Below, piece after piece: positions 27,095-40,544 of a DNA stretch of 64,000 nt; position 1 is the first letter of the stretch; every line of letters begins with the position of its first letter. The notes beneath the pieces are model-generated. The model saw nothing but the letters and a program-made list of their open reading frames with translations, did not search any database and was not told where the DNA came from. This DNA comes from Antedon mediterranea (taxonomy: Eukaryota; Animalia; Echinodermata): the NCBI RefSeq assembly GCF_964355755.1, contig NC_092673.1:17543648-17607647 (forward strand). Reading direction: 5' to 3'. Both the position numbers and the translations under genes were made by a program.

Positions 27095-29505
27095 TTGATT
27101 GCCATGTTGATACTGAGACTATCTTACCTATTTATTGCCATGTTGATACTGAGACTATCTTACCTATTGATTGCCATGTTTATACTGAGACTATCTTACC
27201 TATTGATTGCCATGTTGATACTGAGACTATCTTACCTATTGATTGCCATGTTGATACTGAGACTATCTTACCTATTTATTGCCATGTTGATACTGAGACT
27301 ATCTTACCTATTGATTGCCATGTTGATACTGAGACTATCTTACCTATTGATTGCTATGTTTATACTGAGACTATCTTACCTATTGATTGCCATGTTGATA
27401 CTGAGACTATCTTACCTATTTATTGCCATGTTGATACTGAGACTATCTTACCTATTTATTGCCATGTTGATACTGAGACTATCTTACCTATTGATTGCCA
27501 TGTTGATACTGAGACTATCTTACCTATTGATTGCCATGTTTATACTGAGACTATCTTACCTATTGATTGCTATGTTTATACTGAGACTATCTTACCTATT
27601 GATTGCCATGTTGATACTGAGACTATCTTACCTATTTATTGCCATGTTTATACTGAGACTATCTTACCTATTTATTGCCATGTTTATACTGAGACTATCT
27701 TACCTATTTATTGCCATGTTTATACTGAGACTATCTTACCTATTGATTGCTATGTTTATACTGAGACTATCTTACCTATTGATTGCCATGTTGATACTGA
27801 GACTATCTTACCTATTTATTGCCATGTTTATACTGAGACTATCTTACCTATTTATTGCCATGTTTATACTGAGACTATCTTACCTATTGATTGCCATGTT
27901 AATACTGAGACTATCTTACCTATTTATTGCCATGTTTATACTGAGACTATCTTACCTATTGATTGCCATGTTGATACTGAGACTATCTTACCTATTGATT
28001 GCCATGTTTATACTGAGACTATCTTACCTATTTATTGCCATGTTTATACTGAGACTATCTTACCTATTGATTGCCATGTTGATACTGAGACTATCTTACC
28101 TATTTATTGCCATGTTGATACTGAGACTATCTTACCTATTGATTGCCATGTTTATACTGAGACTATCTTACCTATTTATTGCCATGTTTATACTGAGACT
28201 ATCTTACCTATTGATTGCCATGTTGATACTGAGACTATCTTACCTATTGATTGCCATGTTTATACTGAGACTATCTTACCTATTTATTGCCATGTTTATA
28301 CTGAGACTATCTTACCTATTGATTGCCATGTTGATACTGAGACTATCTTACCTATTGATTGCCATGTTGATACTGAGACTATCTTACCTCTTGATTACCA
28401 TGTTGATACTGAGACTATCTTACCTATTGATTGCCATGTTTATACTGAGACTATCTTACCTTTTGATTGCCATGTTTATACTGAGACTATCTTACCTATT
28501 GATTGCCATGTTTATACTAAGACTATCTTACCTATTGATTGCCATGTTTATACTGAGACTATCTTACCTATTTATTGCCATGTTTATACTGAGACTATCT
28601 TACCTATTGATTGCCATGTTTATACTGAGACTATCTTACCTATTTATTGCCATGTTTATACTGAGACTATCTTACCTTTTGATTGCCATGTTTATACTGA
28701 GACTATCTTACCTATTGATTGCCATGTTGATACGGAGACTATCTTACCTATTGATTGCCATGTTTATACTGAGACTATCTTACCTTTTGATTGCCATGTT
28801 TATACTGAGACTATCTTACCTATTGATTGCCATGTTTATACTGAGACTATCTTACCTATTGATTGCCATGTTGATACTGAGACTATCTTACCTATTGATT
28901 GCCATGTTGATACTGAGACTATCTTACCTATTGATTGCCATGTTTATACTGAGACTATCTTACCTACTGATTGCCATGTTTATACTGAGACTATCTTACC
29001 TATTGATTGCCATGTTGATACTGAGACTATCTTACCTATTGATTGCCATGTTTATACTGAGACTATCTTACCTATTGATTGCCATGTTTATACTGAGACT
29101 ATCTTACCTATTGATTGCCATGTTTATACTGAGACTATCTTACCTATTGATTGCCATGTTTATACTGAGACTATCTTACCTATTGATTGCCATGTTGATA
29201 CTGAGACTATCTTACCTATTTATTGCCATGTTGATACTGAGACTATCTTACCTATTGATTGCCATGTTTATACTGAGACTATCTTACCTTTTGATTGCCA
29301 TGTTTATACTGAGACTATCTTACCTATTTATTGCCATGTTTATACTGAGACTATCTTACCTATTGATTGCCATGTTTATACTGAGACTATCTTACCTATT
29401 GATTGCCATGTTTATACTGAGACTATCTTACCTATTGATTGCCATGTTGATACTGAGACTATCTTACCTATTGATTGCCATGTTGATACTGAGACTATCT
29501 TATCT
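27095..29505. repeat. 36-bp minisatellite, about 67 copies
   Basis: Unit attKattgccatgttKatactgagactatcttacct with two G/T variant sites. Confidence 0.98.
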
Positions 29506-29878
29506 ACTGTAACAAACAATATTATTTATGTAATTATTAGAATCAGGGACATTTCGGATCAGTCATAGAGGAAACAATTAAATAGTTTTTTCCTCCATAG
29601 ACCAAGATCCCACAATTAGGATATAAATGGTTGGTAGTTTGCAATAGTTATACAATTTTAAACGAATGATTTTTTAAACTGAATAATCAACTATTTTATT
29701 ATATGGTTTACAATTTTTATAAAAATTTTGATTTTCTCTTTGTGAAAAAAATTGGTCATACTTAAAATTGCAGTGTAAGGCAATAATTGTCCTTTTTAAG
29801 TGCTTATAACATCATGTAATTGTGCGTTATTTTTTTATGCTTACTATGGAATGACATATAATGCCTGCGTGTTAATAA

Positions 29879-32800
29879 TTAGTTATCTGCTTAGTAGCGG
29901 ATAACTCCTTGTGATTGTATTGGATCAATTTTTTTTTTTCTGTATACGTTCTTCTTTCTTTCTTTCTCGCTATTTTTGTGCATCGCGTTTCTCTAAAATG
30001 TGTAAGCATAACATTTCATAACTTTGACAGCATGTGGACATTTACCTGAAGTTGTGCACCTCCTATTTTTGAATGACGTCATAGTTGCGCAACGTGACTT
30101 GCACGCAATTTTATGAATTTCAATGATTGATCATAGATTAAAAACCAAAAGTCATTTAGTATTGGCACTTTGACAAAATTTAAGTCATATCAGGGGCAAA
30201 CTTTCTACGGATTAAAAATGGCATGTTTCACAAGAAGTTACGCGCGCACCACAGCATTTACACTTGGATATTTTTTGTACCGCCGCCAGCGAGAATAGCA
30301 TAGCGCGTACATGTGCGATCGTTAATTGACAGGTTGTACTACCCAATCAGGAGCGCTTCTACCCGGCCAAGCACAGTGTGCGTCAACCTCCTAGCCAGGC
30401 CCACAGTACCACTCTCTGTGTATTCTTTTAGGCCTATCTATGTGACTTTGTTGAACACATTTTTTATCGAATTTGGACGTAATTAGAAACAAATTAAACA
30501 TATATTTACAATTAAAAACAATTTACCTTTATAATGTAGGCTTATATTTTGTAATTATAGTCTTTGTTTCACCTTATATTAACAACGGTAGGCCAAAGAG
30601 ACCGCCGACGTTCTTTTTAATTAATTTAGGATTTTATACTAGCCTAGGTAGGCCAGATCATAGAGGGAATTATTTCCTTACATCACAAATAAAAATAGCC
30701 AACCAAAAAGGAAAAGAAAGATAAGAGGTAGACAAGAGTGTAAAGATATTATTAATATGTTTCAATTGTTACAATATTCAATTTAGGAAATGATAAACTG
30801 ACTGGTATTTTTCTTTTTTTTCAGGTCTTCCGAGTTTACTGGTTTATGATTCCATTCATATTTATTATTTAACATACTGTACTTGCAAATAAAATGAGTT
30901 GAATAATTCAACCACAAATCCTACAACTACAGTAGTAGTTAATAAAGTAATAAGAAAAATTAAAACAATACAAATATCAATTAATAAATTATAATTTATT
31001 CATTTGTTACACATTTTCTAGCTTATAGTTCAGTACAACTTATTAAATGATTATATTTATTTGTATCTATAATTTATTTATGCTTAGGCCTATACTATAT
31101 AATTATAAATAATATTTAATAAATATCAGAACCGTGGCTGTCGAACCATGTATATTGTAGTCGATATCAGTGAAGCAATCTGAAAAATGTAAAGAAAAAA
31201 AATGTTATTTATAATAAATGATTTAAAGCAAAATATAAATAGGCTAGGCCTAGTTTTCAGATTTTATTAATTAGGCAAGAAAATACAAATTTATATATAA
31301 TAATATGTACGAGTATAAGCCGGCTAGGAAATAGAACAATTTGAATAGGCCTACTTAGGGTACCATATCTATTTGGTTTAGGCTATACTAGGCTAGGCCT
31401 AAACTCTAGGGAGCATTCATATTCCGCATGCCGTGAAAAGAACGTTACCCGTGCCCGGCCGTGTGCGCCTCTCTAACACAAAGCGTTGCACAACCAATTT
31501 ATTGCGTTGAGCCTGTTTTGCTGAATAAGGGCCTGGACGGGCGCACGTAATTAAGCTACTGTATTTGCATACTGTTAATTATCACGTTTTATATATCAAC
31601 ATGACCCTAGATAAATGATGCAGTTAGCTGACTATTCAAAAAAATATGTTTACATTTAAATAAATAAGATATAACGATAAATTTAACTTACTATGCGAAA
31701 ATCTCGCTTTCGGCGCTTCCTCTCACAACAAGCGAGGTTTCCCTAGAAATTATTTATAGTCAACTAGGTGTTCAAACTTATGAGGAATCCGAATTTTCTA
31801 TCTAAAAACCGATCTGATTGGTCAATTTTCTGGAATCTAGGCGCTACGAAATGCTATTTTTTGTATTCAATTAGCCAATCCGCGACTCTATAATACAGGC
31901 GCTCGGGCTACAATTTCTATGACGTCATATTTCCTGAAGTGGGCGGGGCTTAGTTCCAATGTTAAGGAAGAGCTGTAGCGTAAATGCTGTGGCACGCGCA
32001 TTTAAAATTTCAAAATGCATTATTTACGCGCGCGGTGCGCACGTAGCGTTGAAAACATATTTTTTTCTCTTGAAAAATATTTTCAAGCCTTTCCTAGTAA
32101 TTTTGGAAACAATTTAGACCTTTTGCACTTAAAATAACACCATACGAACACGTTAAATTAGATTAAATTATTGGATCATGCATCAATAAGGCTAAACAAA
32201 CATTGTGATGTCATCGTATGGCCACACGAATGTAAAATATAGGATTTTTATCTTTTTCGTTATTGCTCATCACATTCAATGGAGCGCATCACGCTTATCC
32301 GTATTCCATTTTCTCCAAGATTTTAAAATTGTTTAGGTCAATCAACTATCTTTCGCATGAGTTAAAAATATTTTAATTTTTATGACGTCATCATGTCTAA
32401 AAATGTAAATAACGTGGGTCACTTTGATTAAAACATTTTCTGGAAGCTATTGGATTGTAGATACAAAATCATGAGAACATTTTGCCAATTGGATATTGTG
32501 ACATCATCATATGACCAGTTAAATAAAAAAAGTTGTGTTTTCGTCTTTTGCGTCATAGTTCACTACATTTCAAAGAGTGCGTATCAATATTTCACGTATT
32601 CAAATTTCTTCTACACCTTAATATGTTGTTGCTAAGATAATTTCCTTCCGAAATTGCTACCTTCGTGTTTCATTTTGAAACCGTCAACATGTTAAAAATT
32701 TGAATAAATAGCGGGTCCCGTAATTTCACCTATTCTACAGTGTATGTGATATGTATACAGATTATACTGTGTATAATATGACACAACATAACAGAATTCA

Positions 32801-33093
32801 GCAATAAAAACATATCATATTCTTCAGTTCAGGTCATAATAATTTTGATATTGAAAATGTGTGTAGTTGGTTGCTTTCTTGTCGATGCTTTTATTGTAGA
32901 ACGTAATTTATTTATTTTTCTCTGTTCTGGGTTGACCAACTAGCATGGTCTTTCCGTGCCTCCTTTTATAATTGTTTTGTCTTTTTTGTTATGTATATGG
33001 CTGAAATTGAATAGATAAAAAATAAAAAAAATTAAAAAATAAATAATGCGGATAACTAACTCTTCAAAGTGACGAGTTTCATGTCTAGTTTTT
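29879..33093 (+). mobile_element. Helentron-associated (HINE/DINE-1-like) non-autonomous element
   Basis: 5' ttagttatctgc-ttagta-gcggataact palindrome followed by (tttc)n; 3' gcggataactaa (33048), short stem-loop, then ctagttttttt. This matches the subTIR/stem-loop/T-run layout of HINEs. Confidence 0.6.
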
Positions 33094-34034
33094 TTATTCA
33101 TATTCATTAAATCAGCCATCATAAATAGGCTAAGTGTAGTTTCATTTACAACATAATAATGATATTTAAACCTATTTTAATGAAATATCCACTTTGGTAA
33201 TATTTATTATTTTTCAAAAAATCTTAGATATCAAAAATATCCTATAATTTGTTTTATTACATATAGTCTATGTAAATACATGAACGTGATTGGTTGAAAC
33301 TGCATCACATGACTACCGCTGCGAGGATCGTAAATCGTATATATCCTCGAGTACGATGATATTGACTGAGTAATTTTCACGTAATTATCGTGTCCCTGTC
33401 ATTAAACATATAAAACCCAGCAAATTCTCGAGTACGATGATATTGACTGTAATTTTTGTGTGGCAACACTCGCGTCATCTACTGGGTCTTGAACTCGCGA
33501 TGAAATTGTCATTCCATCGCAAGACAACGCCTCATGTACTGCGCCACGGAACTTGCTTGAAGAAATTAATCAACTAAACTATTTAAACTATGCATACATA
33601 GCGCCTTCATTTGTTATTAGTCCTCCCTAGATGTGATGAAAGACCATTTGTGATTGATTAATACTCACAGTAGTAACTCAGTATGCGCGTGACGCGGTGA
33701 ACATCCGGTGATTCGACACTAAGAAGACGAATTATTATTTATTCGGCCTACCTGATTATAATATTAATGTATAGGCTTATTGGTGGAAATTCTTCTGTTA
33801 TTATTTAAACGACCTAGGCTAGTGATTATTTTATTGCCAAGGAATCAGTAATTAGTAATTACTGTATATATTATTCTTCGCAAGGTAAGGTGTCTAGGCA
33901 GCTTGTTTACATACAATAAAAAAAGGAGGCCTAGCCTAGCTACCAGACCCAGCAGATATTCTACTTGTTGTTGGCTATGTAATATAACAGATATCGCCTT
34001 TTATATCGGTAAAATATAAGATTTGACATCCATC

Positions 34035-34124
34035 GGGAATGATATTATGTTCTCGGGGAATTATATATTTCCCTCAGCTGGTGCTTCAGGAAATATATAT
34101 TCCCTCGAACATAATATCATTCCC
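34035..34124. other. about 90-bp imperfect hairpin, probably the end of a non-autonomous element (~33270-34160)
   Basis: gggaatgatattatgttc...gaattatatatttcc / ggaaatatatattc...gaacataatatcattccc. Confidence 0.7.
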
Positions 34125-34845
34125 TCTTATATGTTACCTCTAAGCAGGCAATATCTGTATAATAATGAGTTACAAATTATTATATTATTATTATTGCTTT
34201 TAACTTTGATGAAACTGAAAAAAAAATGAAAATATTATGAGGATAATTACAGCATGATTGACAAAGCTAATATGCACACGCACTTTTATCAATCATACTT
34301 TGACTTTTGACAAGATCGCCTACATTTTTAGTATTACTTTACAATACTTGGTGTTGTATATTCTGGAACAGCCGCTCCATAATCTATTCTTCCTTATATC
34401 TTTACTCTTATTTTAAAAGTTAATACTAACAAATTTAATTAAATGAATGTATCTAATGATCAAATAACTGTTTTCTCATCGTAATTTATTTACAAAATGT
34501 AAAAAACCATCAACAATTTTTAATAAACATAATGTACATTATACATCGTACATTCCTATCATAACAAACTATTCAAAACTTTCTATTATTTAAAAATCAA
34601 AGAAAATCGGGTCTCAGATCCATCCTATATGTGTTTCTCGGAGACTTGGTTATCGGAGGGAAAGTCGGATGAACGTTTTGAGATTTGTGGGTTCCAGTTA
34701 TTTCGAGGAATTCCCTGCTACAATTGTAAATAATAGTGCAATGGTTTTGCACAATAATAAAGTTAAATAGCCTAATTAAATTGCACAAGAGAAGCTTTTG
34801 CACAATTTGATACCACAACAACCTAATGAGGAACATACAGTACAT

Positions 34846-35058
34846 AGCCAATCCAATCACTCACTGCACAGCCAATCCCATAACTCACTGCACAGCCAAT
34901 CCCATAACTCACTGCACAGCCAATCCCATCATTCACTGCACAGCCAATCCCATAACTCACTGCACAGCCAATCCCATAACTCACTGCACAGCCAATCCCA
35001 TCACTCACTGCACAGCCAATCCCATAACTCACTGCACAGCCAATCCCATCACTCACTG
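34846..35058. repeat. 24-bp tandem repeat, about 9 copies, each containing CCAAT
   Basis: Unit cacagccaatcccataactcactg. Confidence 0.95.
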
Positions 35059-37806
35059 AACAGCCGACCACTTTTCTATCCAAAATTCTCCTCCACAATA
35101 TTAGTTTGTGTGTGATTTGTATTTATTTCTTCTAGGTTGCATTTGCTATGTATTATTTGTATGGCATTTGATAGACTTGCCCCAAGTCTGTATTATCTTT
35201 TTTTTTTAATTTTTTGTTTTTATTTCAACCGCGATTTTTGTCTGAAAATACAGACTTGTGAAACACGTATAGAAATCGATTTGCAGACCGCAAACATACG
35301 ATAAGAATGACGTAGGTTATCATACCGTATTTGGCTATATGGGGCGGGCGGTATGTAAATATGGATTTCGAATCAACCAATGATCATTTTGTTTCAAAAT
35401 GAAAGAGATCGAGTACGTAGGCCTACCAGTGCTTAATGTACGATCGAGACTGTTGAAATATAAAATAGTAATGCTAAGTTGTTTTGTTTATTAATTGTTT
35501 AGTCCTTGGCCTAGGCCTCTTTCGTAGGTCCTACTCAACTCGCACGTATGACCTGCCAAATAAAACGCCAATGAAGTAGGCCTACATACCACCGGCACAC
35601 AACAGGGCTACACCACCACACAGAACAAGACAGGGTCTGGGTGGGAATTAAATCAAAATTATCTCCGCGTAATAAATGATCCATTCAATGTTTGATTTGC
35701 GGAGAAGCTAGCCTATCATATATCAAGACGAGTTTTCATGTTTCAAAGATCCCATCAAATGTTTACCAGACTACTAGGCATATAAAATAATTTCTAGCCT
35801 TCAGAACTTTCATAAATGTACCCAAGTACACATTGTCTAAACGTAACATAGCGCATGCGCATCATCTTATTTGTTGAGTCTTTGAAATTCTTAAATATGA
35901 ATATTTAAACGGTGTACGAGAGAGTAGCCAATCGCATGCAGCTGAAACTAGTCAACCGGATAATCGTATGCACCAAGAATTCTTGGTGTCAAACCACGTG
36001 ACTTGTGCGTGTTTCCCCAGACGGAGTATCCAAAATCAAGTAGTATACGTATGAACGCCATATGTGCCAAAATATTTATCTTTTAACTAATATTAAGACA
36101 AAACTCCGTCTGGAACCCAGACTAGGCATTTGATTGAATAAATGTATGTTGAATTGAATTGAAGTCCTGGGTGGGCTATTGCACCATTGGTGACCTCTTA
36201 AGATCTAAAACTTTGGCATTTCTACTATACTAGTGGTACAGTAACTCACTGACACTGACAGACTATAGTAATCTACAGTTTAAATTCTGCAGACACAAGT
36301 TTGGACTGAAATATTGGAATCTAACAATGAGTAATCTAACCAGGCAGTTTTCTTGGGTGGTTTATAAGTTGTATTAAAGTCCAGTAATTGTTGTTACAAA
36401 TAACTACATATCAATATCAATCTATGTGTTATTACAAAATAGAAAGAATGTTGTAAACATTTTAAAATAAAGATTATAGATCCAATATGTGCTTCTACAT
36501 GTTCACAAGTATTCCTTACATCATTGACAATCAATTTAATCATTATCATCGTCAAATTGACCTTTCACCTGCATTTAGATTAATATTTTTTCAAATTTTA
36601 ATTTTTCATTTTTTCTTCATGTCAAGCAATTTCAGTTGTTATAAACTGCTGTGTGTTCTATTTATTATCTTTGTTTAACATTAGAATACAATGTTAATAT
36701 TAAATCTATGGTAAAGATTATCTGATAACAAATTGTATTAACAGGAACTCAATAAAACAAAACAAACTAATCAATTAATTTTTTTAAATAACAATTTTTA
36801 CCCTGGATTTCTGTATAAATGTTATAATGAACTTTGACTTGTATTAATTGAGAATACCTGTTTTTAATCCCACTATCAGAAAGGATTACATAATTGCAGC
36901 CAATAAAAATCTAATTCAAACCAAATTAATAATAATATGTCTGAGAACTTACTTACAGTAGACAGATTAATTAACAATTGCAAAATGATTTTTTAAGCAT
37001 TTTATAGCAATTATTTATAATAAAAACTAGATTTGAACTTATCATGGTAATGAGTTAGGCTATTGCACAACGCATTGTAACACACACATACTATTATGTG
37101 CAATTGTACGAACAGCATAGCCATAGGCCTAATCCATTTCAGTCGATCAAAGGGGTATTTCTACCGTTCAACAAGCGTCAACATTTGACTGTAATAGCAT
37201 TGTAAACAGTTTAGTTGATGGTTAGTTTTTATTTTACGCAACTCGCGTTTATATAAACATTTGAATATGATGACTTTTTCAAAATGAAAAATAAATTCAT
37301 ATGTCTGAAAGATACTTGTTTGAGTAAATTGGAAGAAAACTGATAAAAATTAAGTAAGGCAATAAGATGATGTAGCTGCTCACAATTAAAATAGTGAGAT
37401 AGATAGTAGTTTTTGTTTCATTATGCAATGATAAATAAAAAAATAAAATTAATGTGATGTGAAGTAGGATTGCCCTCCCCATGGATATCTTTTTTCCTTC
37501 TTGATATACCTTACCAATAATTAACCAGTATATAGGCCAATAAATAATATTATCAATACTAATCACAATATAAAATGGCATAGTAGGCCTCTACTAACCA
37601 AACAGAGTCTCCCTAATTAGCCTTTAGTGAAAATTGTTTTTTATACCTAAACAATTCCTTCAAAATACACATTATTATCCTAAAGCACAAAATATTATTA
37701 ATTTGCACTTTTTTTTATAAAGCTAACATTATTATTATTGGTAATTTGTGAATCTTTATTTTACAGTTGCAATTCTACATGTTATCCTATTTCTTATAGA
37801 ATTACT

Positions 37807-37988
37807 TTACATTTACCTACTCAACATGCAAGGTGTCCTTTAAATTGAGTAAATGGCTCAGCCCAGAGATATATAAAGAGTTACAACATTGAATGATTAC
37901 ATTTACCTAATCAACGTGCAAGGCGTCCTTTAAATTGAGTAAATGGCTCAGCCCAGAGATATATAAAGAGTTACAACATTGAATGATT
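37807..37988. repeat. 90-bp tandem duplication
   Basis: ttacatttaccta..tcaac..gcaagg..tcctttaaattgagtaaatggctcagcccagagatatataaagagttacaacattgaatga twice. Confidence 0.92.
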
Positions 37989-39062
37989 AGAAGCCATTTT
38001 TGTGTCAAAGAATTTGCACGCTCCATGCACACTTGTTTATTTTGTATAGTGTTTTCCTGTAGTTCATGCATTATTTTTAGATCTATGAAATAATGCTTAG
38101 ATTCTGTTTATATTTTAGTAATTTATTTTATTAATGGTCTTGATTCGGTAGCCTATATGTATTTTTTATAATGAACAAAAAAATAAATTCTACATGCAAG
38201 TTGGGATAAATCAAAGCTATAACACACATATTCATCCCTCTTTATGGCTCTGTGTTTTTAACACAAACTGCTCCACCAACTTTATTAAAGATGTATTGTC
38301 CCTTGAAACACAAAAAAATGAAGGTCAAAATATTCTAAATTTAAATTGGCCATATCAAAGTAATATTAAAGTTATACACTTTAAGTCGAAAATTTTAGCC
38401 AAAAACAACAATTTTGCGTAATTAACAGGTAAATTAATTTGATTACATTTCGTCTGGAAGATCGTCGCGAGCGAAAGATAAACAAAGATTTCAAACCATT
38501 ATGCATGATGCTAATTAGGATTGTTTACAACTCGTCACGGTTGAGAAGGTGTTCTCACACAGATCGCGAGGAAGTTTTATGATTATGCATACAGAGTAGC
38601 CAAACATGCGCGTTGCATTATAAGATGTGTTTTGATCGAAAACTTTGACTGGAAGTCAAAGTTATTTTTTTAACAAAAAAACGTCTGTATTTCAGTTAAA
38701 TGATTGAATTTTTTCCGACTAATTTTTGGTGAAAGTTTAATAACTATTATGATACTTCAAAATGAACCACTTTTTTTGGAAATCTTTTTTTAAATATTTT
38801 TTTGGAATTGGTCAAAGGGAGAATACATCTTTAAATTTCCAAGACTCGTTCATCATTTCATTTGTAATAATTTGCCTTTATTATTTTAATATTGTTTATA
38901 CCCTTTTCAGTATATTAACCAATATATCCACGACACTTTATTATTTTATTTAGTCATCAAAGCATGCATTATGAATTAAAAAATATTACATAGTTATGTT
39001 CCAAAATCAATAAATCTTATAATGTACTAGCCCAATTATTTATTCTTTGCCGCAAGTACTTC

Positions 39063-40544
39063 CAGTGTTCTCCCCAGGATTCACATCAAGCATCACGCTT
39101 CCGCCCCCCCCCCCCCGATTTTTGGTAATTGACACCCTAGATGGCCGGAAATTATCATATAAATTATTAAAATTGTCTAGAAACATAATCAAGGGTTACA
39201 TTTAAAATCACTTGAAATAAAAAAGGGCTACACATTTATATTAAAACTTATACAGCATATGTCACACAAATATAAAATACAATTGTAAATCGTAGGGAGA
39301 GAGATCTCCAGCACATATATATTTTAATTATTCAATAAGTCAAATATCTTGTCTTTACTATTTTTCCATTTCTGATCAGCAGTATAAAAGTCATACGAAT
39401 ACTCATTATTTATGAGGTTTATAATTTCATTTTTAAATAGACCCCAAATATTTGCAAATTCTTTTTTTTCTGTCGTTTCTAGTTCTTTATATATTATGGA
39501 GGATTTATATATATACAAAATGTAAAAACTGAAATTAATTCGTTTACAAGTTTGTTTGTTGTTCCCAAAATTACATTAACCCACTTTGGGAAGTCTTGCT
39601 GTACTGTAACCTCATTTGGAAGACACTGAAACTTTTTCCAGACTGGTTCAATAGTTTTACATGCAATTAATAAGTGTTCTTCATTTTCTATATGATTTTT
39701 ACACTTATTACATTTGTCTGTTGTGGATAATTTCCACCTTTTTAGTATTTTTTTACATATAAGGATTCGATGTAACAACTTAAAATTAAATTGAGCTACT
39801 TTTACCATGTGTTTCATTCTACATACTTTTCTATTCCATATTTCATTCCTGTCAATAATTTCATCTCTAAATTCTATTTCCCATTTCATTTGAGGAAAGG
39901 ACACTTCATAGCGCGCTAGCAAACAGCAGAACAATCGTAGCCTTCTTGATTGGAATGCAAATGTATGATCGATTCAGCTAGCAAATGAATTGCGCCTAGC
40001 AATTTAAGTTTTTTTTATGGTGTGTGCATACGTAACCGACGAAAGAGTAATTAAATTTTACCAATCCATAGAGAGTCAATTAATTCAGTGTGGTATTGAA
40101 AATATCATTAATAATTTATTTGTTAATGCACATAACATTTTTACAAGAAAATATAAATACAATCATTATTTTAACTTTATTTACAATATACAAGTTACTG
40201 CATTTTAAACGATTCAGGCAACAGCCAATACTAGAGATCAAAAGAGAAACATCTCTCGGTGGTGGCCGATGAAAGTGCGTCTCAGTCGCAGTAACACTTT
40301 GTTACGCAGTCTTTTGTTTTTCGTAGTGGTCATGTCACGTGTCTCGTATGCATTAGGCACTTTATGCATGCCTCAGCTCTAGAAAGTACCTGCCTGTTAT
40401 TAATCTATTTTTAGAAAGGTTGTGGTTGATATTTTGAAGCGTCACGGATAAGGTTTTAAGCGTCACAGCCGACCGTAAAGCGTCACGGCAGAGAACCCAA
40501 GCGTCACGATACGGTGACGCTTCAAGGGCCAGGGGAGAACACTG
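39063..40544. mobile_element. non-autonomous hAT-like element containing a LINE 3' fragment
   Basis: TIR cagtgttctcccc / ggggagaacactg; subterminal aagcgtcac repeats at 40437-40508; TSD degenerate. Confidence 0.75.
39324..39900 (-). pseudogene. L1/Tx1-type LINE ORF2 C-terminal zinc-finger (zf-RVT-like) fragment
   Basis: FNFKLLHRIL...RWKLSTTDKCNKCKNHIENEEHLLIACKTIEPVW, then a frameshifted IYIYKS tail. Confidence 0.8.

Noticed and set aside
27067-29568. 833-aa and 805-aa overlapping ORFs
   Set aside because: Both are read-throughs of a stop-free 36-bp unit in two frames, with TTG starts and no unique coding sequence or convincing splice sites
37023-37070. Further HINE-like ends (also ~3515-3550 and ~47080-47130)
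   Set aside because: One terminus is recognisable but I could not find the matching end, so no boundaries are claimed
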